Positions 49,654 to 57,173 of a DNA stretch of 64,000 nucleotides are shown here, in pieces. Source of the DNA: Clostridia bacterium (GTDB lineage Bacteria > Bacillota > Clostridia > Oscillospirales > CAG-272); assembly GCA_017455185.1 (NCBI GenBank), contig JAFTBN010000062.1:867-64866 (forward strand), read 5' to 3'. The notes beneath the pieces were generated by a model. It ran no database searches. It saw only the letters and a program-made list of their open reading frames with translations, and was not told the origin of the DNA. The position numbers and the translations under genes are program-made. Every line of letters begins with the position of its first letter. Position 1 is the first letter of the stretch.

Positions 49654-51336
49654 TTATGCGTTTGGTTCTGTTTCCAGTCTGACGTCGTCTATCCGGGCCC
49701 AGCCGGCCTTGGCCTTTCCGCGCTCGATGCCCAGCTGATAATTGCCGCTTTCGGGAACGGCAAAGGGCAGGGAAACGGTTTCCCAGGCGGTGTTTTGGAC
49801 CTGCTTGGACGCAATCAGTTCCTGGGTAAGCTGGTCTTTGACAAACAGACGGACCGGGTCCCCGCTGGTTTGCACATAGGCAGAGAGGGTGAAGGACCGC
49901 CCGCTTTCCAGGTACAGGCCTTCGTAGAGCGCGGCATCGCCCCGGTCCAGATCCGCGATGTACCCGCAGGCTTTCCCGTTCTGACCGACGGGCTGCGTGC
50001 ATATGCCTGTGCAGGCACGGCTGTTTTTCAGACGGCTGACCCACCAGATGTCGGAGCCGGCTTCGAAGTCGGCGTTCCGCAGTTCCTTCATCGAGGGATA
50101 GCCGTAGAAGTCGCTGACGGGCAGAGCCCGGAAGTTGTCCTGCATGGTATCCACGACGTTGTCGACGATGCGGATGTTCTTCATCGGGTTGGTGGAACCG
50201 TTGAAATCGAATCTTTGCGTTTCGGCGTTCCAGTTTCCGACCCAGGCTCCCATGGTCTGGAAGTAGTTGTCATGGACGTATATGTTTTCGACCTCCACAT
50301 CCTTCTGGTTCGGGTAGGAAGCGCCCCACATGATAAAGCAGAAGGCTTTGGTCGCGTCCCAGGTCACCTCGCAGTCATTGTGGTCGATTTCAATGTTTTC
50401 CGGCTTTTTCAGGTGCGTGTCGGGGGCCCAGACGCTTTTGCGCGGGTCGTCCCAGTCGGACGAGACGTAGATGCCGTCGTCCCCGGATTTGATTTTGCAT
50501 CCTGTGACGCGGATGTTCCGGCTGTTGGTCAGGTTGATTCCGTCCGTGCCGCCCCGGATGGAGAGAGAAGCGTCTACGTTTACGGCCCTGAACATGCCGT
50601 TCTGGCTGTTCTTGGCCGAGCAGCAGTAGGCCTGAAATCCTTCGAATTTCAGATCGGCGACCAGAAAATCCTCCACGGAGTACAGCCCGAGGGCAATCAT
50701 GGTCATCATGCAGTCCCCGCCTTCTCCTGCGCTGAGCCGGATGATTCCGTGTCCGGTCAGGGAAAAATCGGTGGTGCCTTCAGCGGCATAGAGAAAAGGA
50801 AAGTTGTAATAGGAGACGGCGTCCCACTCAATGTCAGTGCCCGTATACTGTCCCAGTTTCAGCCTTCTGGGCTCGAAATCGCGCAGCGGATCGACAAACT
50901 CGTCCGGATTTTCGCTCTGCCTGAGCATGGCCCCGTCCTCAAAGAAAAGGTGAACATGGCTTCGCAGCAGCAGATTGGAGGAGACAAACGTCCGGCCGGC
51001 AGGGAAACAGAGCCTGCCGCCGCCTTCGTGCCACAGGGAGTCTATGGCGGCCTGGATGGCAGCGCGGTCATTCGTTTCTCCGTCGCCCTTGGCACAGAAC
51101 GGTTCGTCGGTCACATAGACGGTTCGCCGCGGATGGCCTGGAGTCAATTTTGCCTCAATCCGGCCAAGCTTTTCAACCCGGGAGGCAGAGATCCCGGCTT
51201 TTTGCCCGGGGGATAGTTCCGAAAAAGCTTTTTTGACAGACAGAAAGGCGGATTGGTCTTCCGACGTGACGGCATAGGCGTCCCGGAGTTCGTCAATCCG
51301 CGTCTCCAAAAGGAGAAGGGAATCCCGGTCTTGCAT
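49654..51336 (-). CDS. GH28-like right-handed beta-helix protein with a C-terminal CBM-like jelly-roll; no signal peptide
   Basis: VYVTDEPFCAKGDGETNDRAAIQAAIDSL is a pectate-lyase-3/GH28 N-terminal cap. GGTDGINL and SGDDGIYV correspond to the NTDG and GDD catalytic strings. The canonical GHG string is not evident. The C-terminus NADFEAGSDIWW...GWARIDDVRLE is CBM_4_9-like. Confidence 0.6.
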   Translation of the reverse strand: MQDRDSLLLLETRIDELRDAYAVTSEDQSAFLSVKKAFSELSPGQKAGISASRVEKLGRIEAKLTPGHPRRTVYVTDEPFCAKGDGETNDRAAIQAAIDSLWHEGGGRLCFPAGRTFVSSNLLLRSHVHLFFEDGAMLRQSENPDEFVDPLRDFEPRRLKLGQYTGTDIEWDAVSYYNFPFLYAAEGTTDFSLTGHGIIRLSAGEGGDCMMTMIALGLYSVEDFLVADLKFEGFQAYCCSAKNSQNGMFRAVNVDASLSIRGGTDGINLTNSRNIRVTGCKIKSGDDGIYVSSDWDDPRKSVWAPDTHLKKPENIEIDHNDCEVTWDATKAFCFIMWGASYPNQKDVEVENIYVHDNYFQTMGAWVGNWNAETQRFDFNGSTNPMKNIRIVDNVVDTMQDNFRALPVSDFYGYPSMKELRNADFEAGSDIWWVSRLKNSRACTGICTQPVGQNGKACGYIADLDRGDAALYEGLYLESGRSFTLSAYVQTSGDPVRLFVKDQLTQELIASKQVQNTAWETVSLPFAVPESGNYQLGIERGKAKAGWARIDDVRLETEPNA

Positions 51337-51351
51337 GGTGCAACCTCCTGT

Positions 51352-53538
51352 TTAATCGGTCTTGGAAAGGAACCGGTCCACAATTTGCTGACGGTAATCC
51401 TTGGAAAGGGAGGCGAAAAAGGCGGAGTATCCGGTCACGCGTACCATCAGGTCCGGGTGGGTCGAAGGGTCTTTGTGGGCCTCCAGCAGGGTTTCCTTGG
51501 TCAGGCAGTTCAAGTTGATCAGGGTTCCGCCCATGTGGTTGTGGGTGTGAATCAGGGCCATCAGCGCTTCAATGCCGCCTTCGCGGTCCAGCATTTCCGC
51601 ATCAATATCCAGATGGAGCGGTGCAGAGTTGCCGAAGCCGGGCTGAGCCAAAGCTACGGCGTTGGCTTTTAACGTCGGCGAAAACGTGTTGATGCCGTTT
51701 GCAAACCCGGGATCCGGTTCGTTCGAGTGCGAAATGGGTTCGTAATTCTTGCGGCCGTTCGGCGTGGCAGGCAGGCGCGAACCGTATTCGCCGATGGCGC
51801 CGTGCGAAAAGAGCCCGGGAATGATTTTCAGGTGATGCTTCGGCGTGCCTTCGTCCCGGCAGGCATGCACGTAAAAGTCCCGGATGCGGAGAGCCCAGGG
51901 CTCGGAGGGGCTGTCGGGTGCTCCAAAGCGGTTGATGTTCTTCATCATCAGCCGGACGGATTCGTATCCTTCGTAATTTGCGTCCAGCGCGGCATACAAT
52001 TCGTCCCAGGTCAGCCGTTTTTCTTCTTCGATCCGCTGTTCCATCGCGCCGAAGGAGTCCGCAACGGTCGCAAGGGCGATGCCGTCGATGTTGAAATTCA
52101 GGATGTCCACGCCGCCTTCCGAACAGTTCAGTCCCCGTTCAATCGGGCCGTGCATGAGAAGGTTGTAAACCATTTCCGGGCGATTGCGGCCCATCATTTC
52201 ATAGTGCTTGTCGTAGCCGATCTTGATGGAATCCACGATGATCTGGGTGTGTTTGCAGAACAGCTGGAAGAGCCGCTGCGTACTCTTTTGCGGTTCGTCC
52301 CGCATGTCCTGAAGTGCCCACCAGAGCGCAAATCCCATGTTGGCTCTCGTAACGTCCTGCAGAGGATATTCGTGCCCGCATACGCAGCACCAGTTGCATC
52401 CGACTTTGATGCGCTGGCGGGCAAGTCCCTCGGGATAGCCTGAACGCACATAGCCCTGTTCAATGCCGATGTTGCATGAGTAATCCGCACCCGTTCCGTC
52501 CCGGAGAGTGTATTCCAGGGACCGCCGCAGCAGATCCGGGTTGAGTTTGTCGCTGACCCGGACGGCGATGTTGACCGGGATTTTGATGGCGTGCATCGCA
52601 TCCAGAACCAGAAAACTCATCCGGCTGGTCATGTCGCGGGATCCGTCAGGGGTCAGGCCCGCAATCTGGGAATAGTGGGTATCGTTGAAGAAGAGGCTCG
52701 CAATAAACCAGACGGCCATTTCATCGGTCAGAATGCCGGCTTCCTTGTCCCGCTCGTAATACGGACGGAGTTTTTCGTCCAGCTGGTCCAGCGCGCCGCC
52801 GACGTAATACATCCGGTCGACCGACTGGAAATGGGCCAGAAACTGACAGGCCTCCCGGAGTGTGCGGGGCGGATTGTCCACCAGCCATTCGTTCATCCGG
52901 GCAATCTGGAGCAGATTGGTGCGGGTGTCCGGATCGGTTTCCTGCAAGGCAAGCATTCTTGCGTGAGAAGCGATTCCCCGGACCCAGTTCCGGATGCCCA
53001 GAACCAGATCTTCCTCGCCGTCGTAGAAAGCGGGATCCTCGGGGGCATTCAGTTCCCGGTAGCGGCGGATTTTTTTCAGAATGCCGCCCCAGCCGAGTTC
53101 CAGACCGATGTTGATATCACCGGCGCAATGGTTCATGCCTCCGAACCCGGGATAGGTATGGTATTTTTGCCAGCAGGCCCGGACTTCAGGCGGCACGTCG
53201 TCTTCGGGCGGAATCCCAATTTTCGCGAAATCCGTCAGCTGTCCGATCCAGGCGCCGCCCAAGGCGCTGCTTGGGTTGACGTATTGCGGGATTTCTTCCA
53301 GATACTTCCGGAAGTTCTTTCCGATGGAGCGATACCCGCAGATCAGTCCGTCCGGACGGTCTGAGACCGGTTCGAAGGTAAAATCCGGGAAATAAACAAA
53401 CCCCCAGTCGTCGAAGTCAAGATGATCGAAGACCTTCATTTTGATCTGGTTCATTTTCAGCTTATCCCGGTGCAAACGGTCGATACGTTCCTTGTACAGG
53501 GGACTGAGTACGGTCGGGGTGGAATCAATCTGTTTCAT
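51352..53538 (-). CDS. Glycyl radical enzyme (PFL2/dehydratase-like superfamily), substrate unassigned
   Basis: 728 aa. The C-terminal glycyl-radical motif is LMVRVTGYSAFF (G703). A Cys-containing loop, KVGCNWCCVCGHE (C381, C384, C385, C387), lies about 320 residues upstream, matching the Cys-Gly spacing of known GREs. PATPNGRK is a typical family string. The gene is adjacent to an activase. Confidence 0.85.
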   Translation of the reverse strand: MKQIDSTPTVLSPLYKERIDRLHRDKLKMNQIKMKVFDHLDFDDWGFVYFPDFTFEPVSDRPDGLICGYRSIGKNFRKYLEEIPQYVNPSSALGGAWIGQLTDFAKIGIPPEDDVPPEVRACWQKYHTYPGFGGMNHCAGDINIGLELGWGGILKKIRRYRELNAPEDPAFYDGEEDLVLGIRNWVRGIASHARMLALQETDPDTRTNLLQIARMNEWLVDNPPRTLREACQFLAHFQSVDRMYYVGGALDQLDEKLRPYYERDKEAGILTDEMAVWFIASLFFNDTHYSQIAGLTPDGSRDMTSRMSFLVLDAMHAIKIPVNIAVRVSDKLNPDLLRRSLEYTLRDGTGADYSCNIGIEQGYVRSGYPEGLARQRIKVGCNWCCVCGHEYPLQDVTRANMGFALWWALQDMRDEPQKSTQRLFQLFCKHTQIIVDSIKIGYDKHYEMMGRNRPEMVYNLLMHGPIERGLNCSEGGVDILNFNIDGIALATVADSFGAMEQRIEEEKRLTWDELYAALDANYEGYESVRLMMKNINRFGAPDSPSEPWALRIRDFYVHACRDEGTPKHHLKIIPGLFSHGAIGEYGSRLPATPNGRKNYEPISHSNEPDPGFANGINTFSPTLKANAVALAQPGFGNSAPLHLDIDAEMLDREGGIEALMALIHTHNHMGGTLINLNCLTKETLLEAHKDPSTHPDLMVRVTGYSAFFASLSKDYRQQIVDRFLSKTD

Positions 53539-53562
53539 GTTCAGCTCCTTTTTGTCGGTGAT

Positions 53563-54456
53563 TCAGCTTTTGAAGGCGGGAAGTCCGGCATCCAGAAACG
53601 GACGCAGGGCCTTTTGCATGATTTCATCGGTTGGAACCTCTTCGTCTTTGCAGGCGTTGGGCAAATCCAGGGCTTCGTATTTTGACAATCCCAGTTTGTG
53701 GTAGGGAAGAATTTCTATTTTTTCCGGGCGGATGTCGGCTAAAAGAGCCGCTATGGCCGGCATCTCTCCAAGATTTTTGGAAGGAATCAGGGGAACGCGG
53801 ATAAAGATGCGGGCGCCGGAGCCGGAAAGAAAGCGGAGATTTTGCAGGATTCTCTCATTGGACACGCCGGTCAGCGCCTTGTGAATCTGCGGGTCTGCTG
53901 CCTTGACGTCAAACAGAAAAAGGTCGGTGTAGGGAAGAACGTCTTCAAAGGCTTCCCGTTCTACGTTTCCGGCTGTGTCAACCGCGGTATGGATCCCCTG
54001 TTTTTTGCACCGCTGCAGCAACTCCAGCAAAAACGGTGTCTGAATCATGCATTCTCCGCCCGAAAAGGTGACCCCTCCGCCCGACCGTTCGTAATAGGGT
54101 TTGTCGGACAGAATCTGTTTTTCCACATAGTCGGCTTCCACGTCGCGTCCGACTTTCACCAAAGCGCCGGCATAGCAGGTTTGGGCGCAGCGCATGCAAC
54201 GGATGCATTTGTCGCGGTCGATGACGTGTTTCCCGGCCTCGGTCATCCGGTGCGCTCCCTGCGGGCAGGTAAGAAAGCATTGTCCGCACCCGATGCATTT
54301 TTGTGCGTTGAATTCCAGAACGTCTCCCCGGGGAATGGATTCCGGATTGTGGCACCAGATGCAATGCAGATTGCATCCTTTAAAGAAGACAGTCGTACGG
54401 ATGCCGGGTCCGTCATGCACTGAAAAGCGCTGTATGTTGAAAATCCTGCCGGTCAT
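53563..54456 (-). CDS. Glycyl-radical enzyme activating protein (radical SAM, with two auxiliary ferredoxin-type clusters)
   Basis: MTGRIFNIQRFSVHDGPGIRTTVFFKGCNLHCIWCHNPE (CxxxCxxC), plus CIGCGQCFLTCP and CIRCMRCAQTC. I prefer the ATG at 54456, which follows GGAGGAAG, to the track's 54471. Confidence 0.9.
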   Translation of the reverse strand: MTGRIFNIQRFSVHDGPGIRTTVFFKGCNLHCIWCHNPESIPRGDVLEFNAQKCIGCGQCFLTCPQGAHRMTEAGKHVIDRDKCIRCMRCAQTCYAGALVKVGRDVEADYVEKQILSDKPYYERSGGGVTFSGGECMIQTPFLLELLQRCKKQGIHTAVDTAGNVEREAFEDVLPYTDLFLFDVKAADPQIHKALTGVSNERILQNLRFLSGSGARIFIRVPLIPSKNLGEMPAIAALLADIRPEKIEILPYHKLGLSKYEALDLPNACKDEEVPTDEIMQKALRPFLDAGLPAFKS

Positions 54457-54488
54457 GGTGTCTTCCTCCATGTGACTTGGTTTGCCTC

Positions 54489-54518
54489 ATTTTACCACCG
54501 TTTCAGAAGCAGAGTCAA
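54489..54518 (-). promoter_or_regulatory. Promoter for the GRE operon
   Basis: Minus strand: TTGACT (54518-54513), an 18-nt spacer, and TGgTAAAAT (-10 at 54494-54489). It lies about 30 nt upstream of the activase start. Confidence 0.6.
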
Positions 54519-54628
54519 GGCAAAAGCGGAAAAAGGAGTCCGCCTACCGTATCTTGATACCAACCCTGACACGAATGGATGCTTCCATGTCCCTGAAAGC
54601 AGAATATATAACATAAATATAATGAGTT

Positions 54629-54645
54629 CAGATTCAATGAATCTG
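54629..54645. promoter_or_regulatory. 17-bp perfect palindrome in an AT-rich patch upstream of the GRE operon promoter (candidate operator)
   Basis: CAGATTCA-A-TGAATCTG at 54629-54645, about 110 bp upstream of the predicted -35. Confidence 0.35.
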
Positions 54646-54776
54646 GAGCAAAAAAAGGGACCTGTCCATACAGAATCCCTTATGATACATGTCGGATTGC
54701 TTTTCTCTTTCTGCCGGCTGACGGCAGAAAGGTCCGGGTCAGAAACCGGCGTCTTTTGCACGATGAAATGCCCCGC

Positions 54777-55244
54777 TTAGCGTGATTCCTTGCAAGGCTT
54801 GTCGATGATTTTATAGAGGAGCCTGTACATGGTGGCGGCTTCTTCCGGGGACAAGGATTCCATGACGCAAGACCCGACACACAGCGGAATGTCCGCCAGT
54901 CTGGATTCCATTTCTTTTCCGGCGTCGGTCAGATTGACCAGTACGGAGCGTTCATCCTCCGGATCCCGTGTGCGCCGGATCAGTCCTTCTTTTTCCATGG
55001 TTTTCAGCATGGGGGTCAGGGTGCCTGTATCCAGGAGCAGTTTCTGCGCGATCGATCCCACTTTCTGTCCGTCTTCTTCCCATAGGGTCATCAGGCAAAT
55101 GTATTGCGTATAGGTCAGACCGAACGGTTTCAGAAGGGGCGTATACAGGGATGTGATTTTTCTGGAACAGGCATACAGAGGGAAGCAAAGCTGATTCTTG
55201 AGCCGGATGGGCCGCGACTCCTGATTGGATATTGGCTGACTCAT
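54777..55244 (-). CDS. ohrR: MarR-family organic-hydroperoxide sensor/repressor OhrR
   Basis: 155 aa. NQLCFPLYACSRKITSLYTPLL...LTYTQYICLMTLWE...LDTGTLTPMLKTMEKEGLIRRTRDPEDERSVLVNLT closely parallels B. subtilis OhrR, including the sensing Cys in QLCF. Extra C-terminal cysteines (CVGSC) suggest the 2-Cys type. Confidence 0.85.
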   Translation of the reverse strand: MSQPISNQESRPIRLKNQLCFPLYACSRKITSLYTPLLKPFGLTYTQYICLMTLWEEDGQKVGSIAQKLLLDTGTLTPMLKTMEKEGLIRRTRDPEDERSVLVNLTDAGKEMESRLADIPLCVGSCVMESLSPEEAATMYRLLYKIIDKPCKESR

Positions 55245-55249
55245 GACGC

Positions 55250-55561
55250 TCAGATGTTGGACTCAATCCAGCTTCTCAGCTGCGGTTCGGGCATAAAGCC
55301 GACGTGACGGGATACAACCTGTCCGTCTTTTACCAGGAGAAGGGTAGGGATGCTCTGAACGTCGAATGAACCGGCCAGTTCGGGGTTGTCGTCTACGTCG
55401 ACGTTGAAGAAGGTCAACTTGTCTTTCATCTCGTCGGACAGACGCTCGACGATAGGGGCGATCATGCGGCAGGGGCCGCACCAGGTAGCGGAAAAATCGA
55501 CCAGGGCAGCCGAACTGTCCTGAATGTTCTTGAAATCATCGTTTTGAATTCTGATAACCAT
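55250..55561 (-). CDS. trxA: Thioredoxin
   Basis: 103 aa. Contains the WCGPC active site and the FNVDVDDNPELA...SIPTLLL pattern. Confidence 0.93.
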   Translation of the reverse strand: MVIRIQNDDFKNIQDSSAALVDFSATWCGPCRMIAPIVERLSDEMKDKLTFFNVDVDDNPELAGSFDVQSIPTLLLVKDGQVVSRHVGFMPEPQLRSWIESNI

Positions 55562-55588
55562 AATGAAACTCCTGTTTGTTTGTTGGTT

Positions 55589-56464
55589 TTATGTTTGGGG
55601 ATGGTCCAGCCTGTCCAGGTAGGAAACGGCCGAAAGGGCGGCGACGTTTCCTTCTCCGGCGGCTTTTACGTACTGATAAGGTTTGCCCGTGCAGTCTCCG
55701 GCGGCGAAACAGCCCGGAATGTTGGTGCTCATGGAGCGGTCCGTGACGATGTGGGCGCCTTCGGTCGCAAGTCCGGGGACCAGCTGGCCGGGGGAAATGC
55801 TGTCGCGCAGAACGAAGATGCAGTCTGCGTACAGGGTTTGGTCCGCCGCCTGCAGGAGCATTTTCTTTTCCTGCGCCAACCGTTCAATCTTTTCCGGCCG
55901 CAGCGGAAGTACCGTTACGCTCTGCGGCAAATGGACCGGCGTCGAATATTGGGGCAGGTACGTGACGGAGGAGCACACTTCGGACAGGAACCGGGCTTCC
56001 TCTTCCTCTTTCTTGGAGTAGCCGATGACCAGAACCGGACGTCCTCTGTACAGGGAGGCGTCGCAGGTGGCGCAGTAACTGACGCCGCGTCCGACGTTTT
56101 CCTCTTCGCCCGGAATGGTTTTTCCGGCGCTGACTCCGGTCGCCAGAATCAGGCAGCGGGCCTCATACAGATCCGGACCGGACTGCAGGGCAAAATAGTC
56201 TCCCATGGAATAGATGCTGGTGATTTTTACATCGGTCACGGGAATGTCCATTTCTTCGAGCTGCTTGCGGAACGCCTGCTGCAGTTCGATGCCGGTGACG
56301 TTGGAGATACCGGGATAGTTGCGGATCCGGTGTTCTCCTCCGATCTTCGTACTCAGGCTGCCGGAGCCGAAGAGCATAAGACTCTTGTTTCGGTTCTTGG
56401 CGGTCAGGGCCGCGGAAATGCCCGCGGCTCCCGTCCCGACAATCGCAATGTCCACGCGGTCCAT
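55589..56464 (-). CDS. Thioredoxin-reductase-like flavoprotein lacking recognisable NADPH-binding motifs
   Basis: The FAD motif IVGTGAAGISAAL, the redox CATC (SYCATCDASLY) and the C-terminal FAAGDC are all present. Where TrxB has GGGNSAxEEA and HRRxxxR, this protein reads VIGYSKKEEEEARFL and YLPQYSTPVH. Confidence 0.75.
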   Translation of the reverse strand: MDRVDIAIVGTGAAGISAALTAKNRNKSLMLFGSGSLSTKIGGEHRIRNYPGISNVTGIELQQAFRKQLEEMDIPVTDVKITSIYSMGDYFALQSGPDLYEARCLILATGVSAGKTIPGEEENVGRGVSYCATCDASLYRGRPVLVIGYSKKEEEEARFLSEVCSSVTYLPQYSTPVHLPQSVTVLPLRPEKIERLAQEKKMLLQAADQTLYADCIFVLRDSISPGQLVPGLATEGAHIVTDRSMSTNIPGCFAAGDCTGKPYQYVKAAGEGNVAALSAVSYLDRLDHPQT

Positions 56465-56465
56465 A

Positions 56466-57014
56466 TTACAGCAGACTTTCTACGCACTTGCGTACGTCGT
56501 CCATCGAGGCGGTAGGCTCAAAACGGGCCACCACTTCGCCCTGGCGGTTGACGATGAATTTCGTGAAATTCCATTTGATGTCCGGGTTGTCCTTGTAATG
56601 CTTGTCCATCATCTTGGCCACGGCCTTCATGGACAGCGCCCTCGGACCTTTGCCGAATCCTTCAAAGCCTTTCTGGCTCTTCAGGAAGGCATACAGGGGA
56701 AGGGCGTTTTCGCCGTTGACGTCCGACTTTTTCATCTGGGGGAACCGGGTGTGATATTTCAAAGTGCAGAAATCGTGGATTTCCTCATCGGATTCCGGCG
56801 CCTGGTTCGCGAACTGATTGCAGGGAATGTCCACAATCTCGAGTCCCTTGTCATGCAGGTCTTCGTACATCTTTTCCAGGGGTTCATAGTGCGGTGTGAA
56901 TCCGCAGCCGGTTGCCGTATTGACTACGATGACCACTTTTCCTTCGAAATCCCGCATGGACTGTTCTTCCCCTTTGGTGGTGGGAACGGAATAATCATAA
57001 AAACTGGCGCTCAT
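56466..57014 (-). CDS. Glutathione-peroxidase-family thiol peroxidase (Cys type)
   Basis: 182 aa. Contains VVIVVNTATGCGFTPHY, FPCNQF-type (here IPCNQFANQ) and WNFTKFIV. Confidence 0.88.
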   Translation of the reverse strand: MSASFYDYSVPTTKGEEQSMRDFEGKVVIVVNTATGCGFTPHYEPLEKMYEDLHDKGLEIVDIPCNQFANQAPESDEEIHDFCTLKYHTRFPQMKKSDVNGENALPLYAFLKSQKGFEGFGKGPRALSMKAVAKMMDKHYKDNPDIKWNFTKFIVNRQGEVVARFEPTASMDDVRKCVESLL

Positions 57015-57050
57015 GTTTGTAATCTCCTTTGAATCCTGTCATTCGATTGA

Positions 57051-57065
57051 ATGCAATTAAATTGT
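57051..57065 (-). promoter_or_regulatory. OhrR-type operator overlapping the extended -10 of the gpx-trxR-trxA-ohrR operon
   Basis: The plus strand reads TGCAATTAAATTGTA. As I recall it, the B. subtilis ohrA operator half-repeat is TACAATT-AAATTGTA, which gives a 14/15 match. On the minus strand, TGaTACAAT is an extended -10 (TACAAT is the complement of 57060-57065), about 40 nt upstream of the gpx ATG. Confidence 0.65.
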
Positions 57066-57173
57066 ATCAAACACAAACGAAAGATTCTTGAATAAACCGT
57101 ATTTCTTTTGTGAACGAATTGTTACTTTGCTGACCCGGCCATTCGGCATGGGAATCGGATGATCCAAATCGGA

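Noticed and set aside
48898-51216. 772-aa plus-strand ORF
   Set aside because: It is antisense to the isomerase and GH28-like genes, which carry recognisable family strings. The plus-frame product is G/V/D/F-rich with no motif.
54472-54780. Small ORFs (102 aa on plus, 89 aa on minus) and a possible riboswitch in the ohrR-to-activase spacer
   Set aside because: The ORFs lack an RBS and have odd composition. The best promoter for the GRE operon lies only about 30 nt from the start codon, leaving no room for a leader. I recognised no Rfam-like motif.
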